Of a DNA stretch of 64,000 bases, positions 18,056 through 27,476 are shown one piece after another. Position numbers and translations under genes: made by a program. This stretch comes from an uncultured Candidatus Saccharibacteria bacterium (GTDB lineage: Bacteria; Patescibacteriota; Minisyncoccia; Phycocordibacterales; PALSA-1337). Below the pieces are notes generated by a model. It had not been told where the DNA came from. It searched no databases and saw only the letters and a program-made list of their open reading frames with translations. The first letter of the stretch is position 1; each line of letters begins with the position of its first letter. The DNA lies in the NCBI GenBank assembly GCA_964600255.1, contig CAZRIX010000002.1, positions 34,067-98,066 of the forward strand, read 5' to 3'.

Positions 18056-19051
18056 ATGAAAAAAATAAAAGTTGCAATAAATGGTTTCGGTAGAATCGGA
18101 AGAGCTTTTTATAAACTATCAAAAGAGAATCCAGAGTTAGAGGTTGTTGCAGTAAATGACCTCACATCGATAGAGAATGTGGAGTATCTCTTAAAGTACG
18201 ACTCTGCATATGGTCAAACAAAGTATACCCTCGAAGGCGTAAAGTATATTAGCGAGAAAGATCCTACAAAACTTCCATGGAAGGAATTGGGTATAGATGT
18301 TGTTGTAGAGTCTACTGGACTCTTTACTTCAAGTGAAAAGGCTCAAGCTCACATTGTAGCTGGAGCGAAGAGAGTCGTAGTTACAGCACCGATAAAAGAC
18401 GAACCAGGATCAGCTATCAAGGGCGAGACTATTTTGATGGCAATGAATGAGGACAAGCTTGCGAACTGCCAGATTTCATCAAATGCTAGTTGTACAACAA
18501 ATGCTGGAAGTCCACTACTAGCCATCCTAGATGAAGCAATTGGTGTAGAGAAGGCACTTTTGAATACCGTTCATGCCTACACAGCAAGCCAGTCACTAGT
18601 AGATGGTCCAAGCAAGAAGGATATGCGAGAAGGACGTGCAGCTGCTCAGAACATCGTACCTTCATCAACAGGTGCGGCTATTGCTGTAACAAAGATCATG
18701 ACAGGATTAAAGGGACTTTTCGATGGAATCTCTATCCGTGTTCCAGTAGTTACAGGGTCAGTAGTAGACATTACTTTTATTTCAAAGAGAGATACAACAG
18801 CTGAGGAAGTAAATGAAATATTAAAAAAGGCAGCCGCTCTACCAAGATGGAAGGGGATATTTACAGTTACAGAAGAAGACCTGGTGTCTTCAGATATAAA
18901 GGGTAATCCACATGCGTCAATAGCAGACCTAGCATTTACAAGGGTAGTAGGAGGTAACCTAGTGAAAGTATTGGGTTGGTATGATAATGAGATGGGGTAT
19001 ACAAATACCTTGGTGAGACATGTGATTGAGGCGGGGAAGTTAATTAATTAA
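18056..19051 (+). CDS. gap: Glyceraldehyde-3-phosphate dehydrogenase
   Basis: INGFGRIGR NAD-binding motif and the catalytic SNASCTTN. Confidence 0.95.
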   Translation: MKKIKVAINGFGRIGRAFYKLSKENPELEVVAVNDLTSIENVEYLLKYDSAYGQTKYTLEGVKYISEKDPTKLPWKELGIDVVVESTGLFTSSEKAQAHIVAGAKRVVVTAPIKDEPGSAIKGETILMAMNEDKLANCQISSNASCTTNAGSPLLAILDEAIGVEKALLNTVHAYTASQSLVDGPSKKDMREGRAAAQNIVPSSTGAAIAVTKIMTGLKGLFDGISIRVPVVTGSVVDITFISKRDTTAEEVNEILKKAAALPRWKGIFTVTEEDLVSSDIKGNPHASIADLAFTRVVGGNLVKVLGWYDNEMGYTNTLVRHVIEAGKLIN

Positions 19052-19052
19052 A

Positions 19053-19307
19053 ATGAAACAGAAAAGATATTGGTTAAGAATTGGGATGCTTGGAATCATA
19101 CTCGGACCAATTGTCTGGTTTTGCTATTTAAAATTAGCAATTCCCACCTCGGTTGAAGTTACGGAACTTCCATTATATGATGCAATAGTACTCGGTCTGA
19201 TAGTTTACGGATCAGCTGCATTAATAGGATTTATCGTCGGATCAATAATTGGTTGGATTTACGATAGTGTGAAAAAAAGAAAGTATATAGTAAGTGGAGA
19301 TAAATAA
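19053..19307 (+). CDS. Small membrane protein (2 TM helices)
   Basis: Hydrophobic helices. It is tightly packed between gap and the next ORF. Confidence 0.4.
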   Translation: MKQKRYWLRIGMLGIILGPIVWFCYLKLAIPTSVEVTELPLYDAIVLGLIVYGSAALIGFIVGSIIGWIYDSVKKRKYIVSGDK

Positions 19308-19548
19308 ATATATGGATAATACAACAAATAAAATAGAATATTTTAATAAGCGAGCAAGACTTATACTGGATGAACGTAAAACACCAGGACAAGATGCTCA
19401 AATATACTCTGATCTCGGAGATGCTCTTGCATTGATCTCAAATAGGGTATTTGATCTTGGAATCGAGTCTGCTCAAAGGGTTTGCATGGCATTGAAAGAT
19501 GAAGAATTAAACAAAATTTTTGAAGAGTTAAAAACCATAACTAAATAG
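19294..19548 (+). CDS. Hypothetical small protein
   Basis: Open frame overlapping the previous ORF by 14 nt. Confidence 0.35.
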   Translation: MEINKYMDNTTNKIEYFNKRARLILDERKTPGQDAQIYSDLGDALALISNRVFDLGIESAQRVCMALKDEELNKIFEELKTITK

Positions 19549-19655
19549 AGCAGAAAATCCGTAATGTAAACATATCTTGCTCTATTATACAATCTATGGT
19601 ATTGTGTGGTCTGCAGTTTTAGAGAAAATCAGTAAAAATCAACAGTTCATTTGTT

Positions 19656-20051
19656 ATGAAAAGTGCGATTCGTCTATTGGCCATCATTGGCCTGCTCTTG
19701 GGAATCAACATCGGTTCAAGTGCTGCAGACATGCGCAGTGTGTTTGAGTCCCCGAAGTCTACTGCCTCGATGCCTGGCAAGGTCGTGTTCGACCGCGACA
19801 TCGAGGGTTCGAAGTTTGTGGCTATCAAGTCCGGCAAGACCACGTACGTCCAGTATATGCTGGCTACGGATGTGAATCTTTACTCGATCGACCCCGTGAG
19901 TGGTGGTTCTTGCATCACCCTTAGGAAGGACAAGCGTCGTACCATCGTCTTCTTTCCCATCCCGTTCCCGGACAACAAGGATGAGAGCGTTGAGTGGGTA
20001 CAGCTCGAGGAAGCCGATTTCAAGAAGTTGATCGAGGCTCTCAAACCCTGA
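19656..20051 (+). CDS. Small secreted protein; GC-rich islet; possibly related to the ORF at 1065
   Basis: Signal peptide (LLAIIGLLLGINIGSSAA), elevated GC, and a GC-rich terminator region after the stop (ccccggctgcgccaaaagcgtacgccgggttcttttttat). Confidence 0.5.
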   Translation: MKSAIRLLAIIGLLLGINIGSSAADMRSVFESPKSTASMPGKVVFDRDIEGSKFVAIKSGKTTYVQYMLATDVNLYSIDPVSGGSCITLRKDKRRTIVFFPIPFPDNKDESVEWVQLEEADFKKLIEALKP

Positions 20052-20140
20052 ACCTTCTCATCCCCCCACCCACAAGTCCCCGGCTGCGCCAAAAGCGTAC
20101 GCCGGGTTCTTTTTTATATTTATTGTGATAAAATACCAAC

Positions 20141-20590
20141 ATGAAAATATTACTTGCTAGTGACCATGCTGGTTTCAAGATGAAAGAGGAAATCAAGGCA
20201 TTTCTAAACGCTGAAAATTTTAATATTGAAGACCTCGGTGCACATGTTTTTGCGGAGAATGATGACTACCCTGAGATCATGCTTCCAGTTGCAATGAGAA
20301 TCGTGAATGACCCTGTTGGTACAAAGGCAGTTATTTTTGGCAAAAGTGGCAATGGTGAGGCTATGATCTGCAACAGATTACCCGGAGTTAGGGCTGCTGT
20401 TTACCACGGAGGCAACCTCGAGATAGTAAGACTATCTAGAATGCATAATGATGCCAATATCCTATCAATCGGTGCTGGTTTTATGGAAGACGAAGAAGTA
20501 AAGGAGGCTGTGAGACTTTGGATATCTACGCCATTTAGTAATGAGGAAAGGCACATCAGAAGAATAGAAAAGCTAGATGCTATAGAATAG
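20141..20590 (+). CDS. rpiB: Ribose-5-phosphate isomerase B
   Basis: MKILLASDHAGFKMKEEI with the RpiB/LacAB fold. Confidence 0.9.
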   Translation: MKILLASDHAGFKMKEEIKAFLNAENFNIEDLGAHVFAENDDYPEIMLPVAMRIVNDPVGTKAVIFGKSGNGEAMICNRLPGVRAAVYHGGNLEIVRLSRMHNDANILSIGAGFMEDEEVKEAVRLWISTPFSNEERHIRRIEKLDAIE

Positions 20591-20592
20591 TC

Positions 20593-21282
20593 TTGAATAT
20601 TAAAATGGAAATCATACCTGCAATATTGCCTAAGAATTTTAGAGAAATAGAGGAAAAGATCGGACTTTTGGTTGGATTGAGTAAAAAAGTACAAGTAGAC
20701 ATTTGTGATGGAAAATTTGTACCAAGTATTACATGGCCATATTGGAAAGCTAACGAAAGACCAGATGAAAACTTCGAGGCAATCCTCAGGGAAGAAAGAG
20801 GTATGCCAGAGTGGGAGGATTTTGACTATGAATTCGATCTAATGATAGAGAATCCTACTGCAGACGACGCTAGAAAGTGGCTTTCTGCTGGTGCGGAGAG
20901 AATAATACTACATCTACACTCATCAAAAGACTTAGATCCAGTTATAGGAGTATTGGACGGCCTGGTACAGATAGGAATCGCAATAAATTCGACTACTGAT
21001 GTTAACGATTTGAAAAAATACGCTGATAGAATTCAATACGTACAGGTAATGGGTATAAGAAAAGCTGGATTCCAAAGGCAGAAATTTGAAATGGCAACGT
21101 TGGATAAAGTTAAAGAAGTCAAAACCACATTTCCAAATCTACAGGTACAGGTTGATGGAGGTGTAACCCTAGAAACTGCAGAAATGCTGAAGGAAGCTGG
21201 AGTAGATCGAGTTGTTGCTGGCTCTGCTGTTTTTGATTCAACCGATATTGTGGATACCTTGGAACAATTCAGAAGTATTTAG
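20593..21282 (+). CDS. rpe: Ribulose-phosphate 3-epimerase family protein
   Basis: TIM-barrel Rpe motifs (IIPAILP...VDICDGKFVP...VDGGV). Divergent, with insertions. Confidence 0.7.
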   Translation: MNIKMEIIPAILPKNFREIEEKIGLLVGLSKKVQVDICDGKFVPSITWPYWKANERPDENFEAILREERGMPEWEDFDYEFDLMIENPTADDARKWLSAGAERIILHLHSSKDLDPVIGVLDGLVQIGIAINSTTDVNDLKKYADRIQYVQVMGIRKAGFQRQKFEMATLDKVKEVKTTFPNLQVQVDGGVTLETAEMLKEAGVDRVVAGSAVFDSTDIVDTLEQFRSI

Positions 21283-21299
21283 GTGCTATAATATAGCAA

Positions 21300-22151
21300 A
21301 TGCCACTGAACCCACTAAATGATGAGAAAGCCAAACTTCTTTTTGATAAGGCTTACGCCATAAGAAAGTCTATTATTGAAATGCTCATAGAGGCAAAAAG
21401 TGGTCACACGGCAGGACCTCTGGATATGGCTGATATTTTTGCATATTTGTACTTTCATGCATTAAGACATGATCCAAAAAAGCCCGATTGGGAATACAGA
21501 GACAGACTAGTGCTTTCAAATGGGCATATTTGTCCAGTTCTGTATGCAACAATGGCCCATGCAGGATATTTCCCCGTTGAGGAACTCAAAACTCTTCGCA
21601 AGTTCAAGTCTCGTCTGCAAGGTCATCCACATCGCGAATTTCTACCAATGCTCGAGAATTCATCTGGACCACTAGGATCTGGACTATCTCAGGCTGTAGG
21701 AATGGCACTAGCTGAAAGAATTGACCATGGCAAAACATCAAGCAAACAATTCGTCTGCCTTTTGGGTGATGGAGAACTCGATGAAGGTCAGAATTGGGAG
21801 GCTATAATGCTTGCTGGCAAGGAAAAAATCCAAAATCTCACAGTTTTTGTAGATAGAAACAATATTCAAATAGATGGTTTTACCGAGGATGTTATGCCAC
21901 TCAATCCACTTGCTGATAAGTGGCGTTCTTTCAACTGGCATGTGCAGGAAATTGACGGGCACAATTTCCGCGCTATCGATGAGGCTTGGGGACAAGCTCA
22001 GGCTGTGTTCGACAAGCCTTCGGTGATAATAGCAAATACAATATCATCAAAGGGAATTCGGGATTATGAGCGCAAATACGAATGGCATGGCAAACCACCA
22101 ACAGCTCCAGAGGAGATAAAGGTGGCAAAGCATGCATTTGGAATTATTTAA
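21300..22151 (+). CDS. Transketolase, N-terminal (TPP-binding) subunit
   Basis: HTAGPLDMADIFAYLY, GDGELDEGQNWEA. Confidence 0.9.
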   Translation: MPLNPLNDEKAKLLFDKAYAIRKSIIEMLIEAKSGHTAGPLDMADIFAYLYFHALRHDPKKPDWEYRDRLVLSNGHICPVLYATMAHAGYFPVEELKTLRKFKSRLQGHPHREFLPMLENSSGPLGSGLSQAVGMALAERIDHGKTSSKQFVCLLGDGELDEGQNWEAIMLAGKEKIQNLTVFVDRNNIQIDGFTEDVMPLNPLADKWRSFNWHVQEIDGHNFRAIDEAWGQAQAVFDKPSVIIANTISSKGIRDYERKYEWHGKPPTAPEEIKVAKHAFGII

Positions 22152-22160
22152 TATAAAATT

Positions 22161-22421
22161 ATGAAAATATTTGAAATCATTTTAAAAGTTTTGTTTCTGG
22201 CTGGGTCTATTTATTCAATTCGTGCCGAATCTATACAAACCCCATACTTGATCGCATATTTGGTCATATGTTTGGTACTTGGAGTTGTTCTATTCTTCAA
22301 CAAAAAGCAAAGTTATGGCTATGAACTAGCAAATAGAGAGATTGTGATCAGGAAGATTGAGGGAGTACTGCTAGGGGTTTTTGCTATATTCGCTTTCATT
22401 GTTCAAGTACTTAACTTTTAA
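22161..22421 (+). CDS. Small membrane protein between the transketolase halves
   Basis: Three hydrophobic helices; 86 aa. Confidence 0.4.
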   Translation: MKIFEIILKVLFLAGSIYSIRAESIQTPYLIAYLVICLVLGVVLFFNKKQSYGYELANREIVIRKIEGVLLGVFAIFAFIVQVLNF

Positions 22422-22427
22422 TCAGAA

Positions 22428-23423
22428 ATGTTAAACGCAATTCAAAAACTTAATCCAAAACTATTCGACAAGGATGTCGAGCAACTTCCTATTCGCAAGG
22501 GATTTGGCGAAGGGCTTTTGAAAGCTGGGGAAAATGATAAAAGAGTGGTTGGGTTGTGTGCTGACCTGACTGAATCGACATACATGCACCTTTTTAAAGA
22601 GAAATTTCCTGAAAGGTTCATTGAGATGGGTATTGCTGAGCAGAATCTTGCTAGTGTGGCATCTGGAATGGCTGCTATGGGTAAGATTCCATTCATTACT
22701 TCATATGCAATGTTTTCTCCAGGTAGAAATTGGGAGCAGATTCGTACTACGATCTGCTATAACGACCGTCCAGTGAAGATTGCAGGCTCACACGCTGGAA
22801 TCTCGGTCGGACCTGACGGAGGAACTCATCAAGCTATCGAGGATATCGCTATTACTCGTGTAATTCCAAATATGGTAGTTATCTCTCCATGTGACGCAAT
22901 AGAGGCACGCAAAGCCACTATCGCATGTGCAAGTACAAATTTTCCTACATATCTACGTCTAGCAAGAAACAATACCCCAGTTATAACTACAAACGAGAGT
23001 CCGTTCGAAATCGGCAAGGCTCAGTTATTGTTCTCATCCACCAAGAAGGCTGAAGTGGGAATAATAGTCACTGGGGCTCTGACATACAGGGCTTTAAAGG
23101 TTGCAAACGAGTTAGAGAAGGTAGGAAAGTCCGTTAAGGTTCTAAACATCAGTACTATAAAGCCACTAGATGAACAAGCTGTATGGCAACTGGCTCATGA
23201 AGCCGGAGCTATCGTTACCGTGGAGGAGCATCAGATCGCTGGAGGTCTCGGGGGATCGGTGGCGGAGTGTCTAGCAAAGCATTATCCGACGCCAATGGAA
23301 TTTGTTGGGGTAAAGGATCTATTCGGACAATCTGGAACACCAGATGAGCTCGTAGAACACTATGGAATGGGTGAAAAAGACATACTTTCTGCTGTGCATA
23401 AGGTAATGTTGCGAAAAAAATAA
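22428..23423 (+). CDS. Transketolase, C-terminal (pyrimidine-binding) subunit
   Basis: Transketolase pyrimidine-binding and C-terminal domains (GIAEQNLASVASGMA...). Confidence 0.9.
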   Translation: MLNAIQKLNPKLFDKDVEQLPIRKGFGEGLLKAGENDKRVVGLCADLTESTYMHLFKEKFPERFIEMGIAEQNLASVASGMAAMGKIPFITSYAMFSPGRNWEQIRTTICYNDRPVKIAGSHAGISVGPDGGTHQAIEDIAITRVIPNMVVISPCDAIEARKATIACASTNFPTYLRLARNNTPVITTNESPFEIGKAQLLFSSTKKAEVGIIVTGALTYRALKVANELEKVGKSVKVLNISTIKPLDEQAVWQLAHEAGAIVTVEEHQIAGGLGGSVAECLAKHYPTPMEFVGVKDLFGQSGTPDELVEHYGMGEKDILSAVHKVMLRKK

Positions 23424-23619
23424 AATCTGGTATATTTTTTACATGAATTTTTATTCACAAACCAACTATCACGTGATTAGTCTCTTCTGGCCAAAAAGTT
23501 CCAGAGTTGGTATTGTGATGTATCTATAATCGATAAATCTCAATAACGAGCTCTGGAACAACCCAGGGCTCGTTCTGTATTGGAATACAGAAGCACAAAA
23601 ACATCAGAACAAGTTTGTT

Positions 23620-23913
23620 ATGAGTGATGAAATGTTTAGGAACAAAGCATTGACGACTCCAGTCGATGGCAGGCCAACTCATGGCCTCATCGGCTGGAAG
23701 GTTATTGATGGGATACCGATGGAGTATATCTACATTACAGAAAAGAGGGGTTGGGTACTTATGGAGACACATCGCAAGGAGAAAGAGGAAGCGAAGGCTA
23801 GAAACATCGAACTCTACTCCAGGCCACGAGAACTTCCTCAAGAGAATAGTACAGGTAATTGCGGTACCGCAAGGCTATTCTGGAGAGTAAGTCCTTTTGG
23901 AAGCGCATGGTAG
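23620..23913 (+). CDS. Hypothetical protein; GC-rich
   Basis: Followed directly by a perfect 9-bp-stem terminator. The antisense ORF 23524-23841 is probably spurious. Confidence 0.4.
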   Translation: MSDEMFRNKALTTPVDGRPTHGLIGWKVIDGIPMEYIYITEKRGWVLMETHRKEKEEAKARNIELYSRPRELPQENSTGNCGTARLFWRVSPFGSAW

Positions 23914-23933
23914 CTCCAAGACCAGTTCTTAAT

Positions 23934-23963
23934 CCACCACCTCGAAAGAGGTGGTGATTTTTT
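23934..23963 (+). terminator. Intrinsic terminator (CACCACCTCgaaaGAGGTGGTG plus T6). A second hairpin at 23978-24004 serves the convergent minus-strand gene.
   Basis: Read directly from the sequence. Confidence 0.7.
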
Positions 23964-24021
23964 ATATATAAAAGAAAGCAGCGTCCGTTTCCGAACGCTG
24001 CTGCAGGAGTGGCTCCTAACT

Positions 24022-24507
24022 CTACCAATTCGCTTTCCACTGATCCACGATGTATTTCAGAGAATCGAACTCGGTACCAGCTTGAATTTCCGGCAAGACC
24101 CTGGTGTTGCTGATTCTAGCACCGAAGTAACGCTCAAACTCCTTCCTCTGAGAAGGATGTAGGACAATCACCCTGAGCAAGGTCCTGTCACTACCGACCG
24201 TGATGTTTTGGACAGCTTCCACAACTTGCAGTGACTGGCAGTAAACACCTGTCCTCCTCAACTCCTTCAGTGCTCCATACCAGGCATGTCGATTCTCGAC
24301 ACGACTCGTAATAACTACCGAGACCGCCTTGAGGTGTTGGATCGCAAACGCGACTCTTTCCGCAAGGTCAGATGGTATTTCACCCCAATGATAATCCTGC
24401 ATGTGGTGCGCGATCGTACTGCACAAGCCTTCGCTAAACATAGCTTGGACTCGGGATGCATTTATCCCATGTTGGCTGTTCGACATAATCAATGTACTAT
24501 AACCCAA
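24022..24507 (-). CDS. Hypothetical protein; GC-rich
   Basis: A 161-aa ORF convergent with 23620-23913. The hairpin GCAGCGtccgtttccgaaCGCTGC followed by an A/T run lies 3' of it. Confidence 0.45.
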   Translation of the reverse strand: MGYSTLIMSNSQHGINASRVQAMFSEGLCSTIAHHMQDYHWGEIPSDLAERVAFAIQHLKAVSVVITSRVENRHAWYGALKELRRTGVYCQSLQVVEAVQNITVGSDRTLLRVIVLHPSQRKEFERYFGARISNTRVLPEIQAGTEFDSLKYIVDQWKANW

Positions 24508-24644
24508 TCGGCTACCAAGTCACAGCGTACACACGTACACCAGAAAAATTGATAAGCAAAAGGATTGTTCAAAAAAATAGTATCATTGTAATGTAGACTG
24601 TCAATACTAATCAAATACGCGAATATAAGATATAGTTATGTCAA

Positions 24645-26657
24645 ATGCCACTTTTTGACCTATCCAAAAACATGTCTCCTGCGGGAGATCAACCAAAAGC
24701 GATCGAGGCACTGACCAAGGGTCTCAAGAAAGGTTTGCGCAAGCAGACTCTATTTGGCGTTACAGGATCAGGTAAAACATTTACTATGGCGAACGTTATA
24801 GCCAATAACGGCAAGCCTACATTGATCATTGCTCATAACAAAACATTAGCTGCTCAACTTGCTCAAGAGTATAGAGAATTTTTCCCAAACAATGCCGTAC
24901 ACTATTTCGTATCATATTACGACTACTATCAACCAGAAGCTTACATGCCAGTGACTGATACATATATTGAGAAGGAAGCTATGATCAATGAAGAAATAGA
25001 TCGTTTAAGACATGCCTCAACACAAGCACTACTTACTAGAAAAGATGTAATCATTGTCGCTTCCGTTTCTTGTATATATGGATTGGGAAGTCCAGAAGAG
25101 TATGAAAAAGTGAATATGAAGATTGCGGTTGGTATGGAGGTCTCTAGAACTGAATTGATACGCAAGCTTATCGATATACATTTTGAAAGAACAAATGCCG
25201 ATATCAATGCAGGACAATTCCGTGCTTTGGGAAATATGATTGAGATAATGCCTGTAAGTGATCGAACAATCTATAGAATAGAATATGATGCAAGTACTAT
25301 ATCGAAAATCATTGAGCTTGACCCTGTAACTATGTCTATACGTGGCGAGCACGAGATAATTTTTCTTTTCCCAGCAAAACATTTCATATCTACAGATGAG
25401 CAGTCAAAAAGAGCTTTCAATACCATCAAGACTGAGCTCGAATCAAGATTAAAGGAATTGGAAAAGGCCGGAAAGAATCTCGAGGCTGAAAGATTGAAGA
25501 GGCGAGTAAAATATGATCTGGCACTTATCAAAGAAGTTGGGTACTGCAATGGTATAGAGAATTACTCAAGACATTTCTCTGGCAAAAAAGCCGGCGAAGC
25601 ACCTGATTCTCTTTTGGCATATTTCCCCCACAAAGCTGATGGAACTCCAGACTTCCTAACTGTTATAGACGAATCACACGTAACTGTTCCACAACTAGGT
25701 GGAATGTATGCAGGGGACGCTTCACGTAAAGACACCTTGATCGAGTACGGTTTCCGCCTTCCATCAGCTCGTGACAATCGCCCGATGAAGTTTGAAGAGT
25801 TCGAGAAGGCAGTTGGCCAGGTAATTTACACTACCGCAACCCCCGGCAAGTTCGAGAAGGAACATTCAGAACAAGTTGTTGAGCAAATCATTCGCCCAAC
25901 AGGTCTGATAGACCCTGTGATAGATGTTCGTCCTGTAGCAGAGAAAGGGAACTATAAGGGGCAGATTTTTGACTTTATAGAGCAAGCCGAGGCTGTGATA
26001 AAGAAAGGCGATCGCGTAATTGCAACAACTCTAACCAAGAAAATGGCAGAGGATTTGAGTGAATATTTGAAAGAAAAAAAGATTAAAGCAGAATATCTAC
26101 ATAGCGATATCAAAACTATTGATAGAATTACGATTTTAACTGAATTCCGTCGTGGTAAATTCGACGTTCTAGTTGGAGTTAATCTACTTCGAGAAGGTTT
26201 GGATCTTCCAGAAGTTTCTTTGATTGGAATTCTTGATGCTGATAAGGCTGGATTCCTGCGTTCAGAAACTTCTCTCATTCAAATCATCGGTCGTGCAGCG
26301 CGTAATGTGAATGGCCGAGTTATCCTTTATGCTGATGTTATGAACGATGCTCTCAACTATGCAATCGCCGAAACTGAGCGTCGTCGCAAGATACAAACTG
26401 ATTACAATACAAAGCATGGTATAACTCCAAAGACGATAATAAAGAAAATTCAAGATATTACTGATCAACTTCAGACTGAGCACGATAAAGCCGTGAATGA
26501 GCTAGTGAAGATAGACGAAAAAATGATGGCGGAGAATCCAAAGAAGCTTATCAAGATGAAAGAAGATGAAATGAGCGAGGCTGTGAAGGTCCTAGACTTT
26601 GAAACTGCAGCTATGCTCCGAGATGAGATTGCGATACTAAAGAAAAGAATGGTATAA
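24645..26657 (+). CDS. uvrB: Excinuclease ABC subunit B
   Basis: Walker A motif GVTGSGKTF, helicase motifs, and the C-terminal UVR domain. Confidence 0.97.
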   Translation: MPLFDLSKNMSPAGDQPKAIEALTKGLKKGLRKQTLFGVTGSGKTFTMANVIANNGKPTLIIAHNKTLAAQLAQEYREFFPNNAVHYFVSYYDYYQPEAYMPVTDTYIEKEAMINEEIDRLRHASTQALLTRKDVIIVASVSCIYGLGSPEEYEKVNMKIAVGMEVSRTELIRKLIDIHFERTNADINAGQFRALGNMIEIMPVSDRTIYRIEYDASTISKIIELDPVTMSIRGEHEIIFLFPAKHFISTDEQSKRAFNTIKTELESRLKELEKAGKNLEAERLKRRVKYDLALIKEVGYCNGIENYSRHFSGKKAGEAPDSLLAYFPHKADGTPDFLTVIDESHVTVPQLGGMYAGDASRKDTLIEYGFRLPSARDNRPMKFEEFEKAVGQVIYTTATPGKFEKEHSEQVVEQIIRPTGLIDPVIDVRPVAEKGNYKGQIFDFIEQAEAVIKKGDRVIATTLTKKMAEDLSEYLKEKKIKAEYLHSDIKTIDRITILTEFRRGKFDVLVGVNLLREGLDLPEVSLIGILDADKAGFLRSETSLIQIIGRAARNVNGRVILYADVMNDALNYAIAETERRRKIQTDYNTKHGITPKTIIKKIQDITDQLQTEHDKAVNELVKIDEKMMAENPKKLIKMKEDEMSEAVKVLDFETAAMLRDEIAILKKRMV

Positions 26658-26664
26658 TCTTGCC

Positions 26665-27441
26665 ATGAGAGAAAAAGTACTAGTCGCTATAAGTGACTTG
26701 AATCTAGCAAAAGTATTATTAGAACAAGTTTCTAAAGAAGGTTTTGATGCTTACAGTGTTGTTAGCGGTTCAGATGTGATTCCGAAAATGAAAGAGGTCA
26801 AGCCAGATATACTTTTGATAGATACGATGCTTCCAGATATGAATGGTTATGACGTTTTAAACGAGAAAAGTTTGGATAAGGATGTAACAAAGATTCCAGT
26901 TATAGTTATTTCAAATTCCGGAGCACCAATACATGTAAACAAGATTCCATCTACACCGATGATGCGAGATTACATCGTCAAAGCGCACATAGAGCCGTCT
27001 GAAGTTATAGAAAAGATAAACAAGGTATTCGGTAAGTCATTAAATACTGCAGATTCAGCGAAGCAGAGCACTGGTGGAAAAAAGATTCTATGGGTAGAGG
27101 ACGATAGACTTTTGAGTACAATACTATCAAAGAAAATAACTGCATCAGGGTATACATTACTAAAGGCAAATCAGGGTGACGATGCATTTAAAATATTGGA
27201 AAAAGATACACCTGACCTCATAATGCTAGACATAATGCTACCTGGAATGACTGGGCTTGAGGTTCTACAGAAGATCAAAATGGATACAAAGTTCAAAAAC
27301 ATTCCAGTTATCATGCTTTCAAATACCAACAAGCAAAGCTATATAGAGAATGCAAAAATGTTGGGAGCTAACAAGTTTTTGGTAAAGGCTGCAGTATCAC
27401 TAGATGAAATCATAGCTGAAGTAGATAGACTAGCGAAATAG
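26665..27441 (+). CDS. Response regulator with two tandem receiver (REC) domains and no output domain
   Basis: Two CheY-like domains (ILLIDTMLPDMNGYDVL and LIMLDIMLPGMTGLEVL), each with the phospho-acceptor Asp and conserved Lys. It starts 8 nt after uvrB. Confidence 0.8.
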   Translation: MREKVLVAISDLNLAKVLLEQVSKEGFDAYSVVSGSDVIPKMKEVKPDILLIDTMLPDMNGYDVLNEKSLDKDVTKIPVIVISNSGAPIHVNKIPSTPMMRDYIVKAHIEPSEVIEKINKVFGKSLNTADSAKQSTGGKKILWVEDDRLLSTILSKKITASGYTLLKANQGDDAFKILEKDTPDLIMLDIMLPGMTGLEVLQKIKMDTKFKNIPVIMLSNTNKQSYIENAKMLGANKFLVKAAVSLDEIIAEVDRLAK

Positions 27442-27476
27442 TCACGAGACTGATATAGTAGGCTATTATACAAAAT

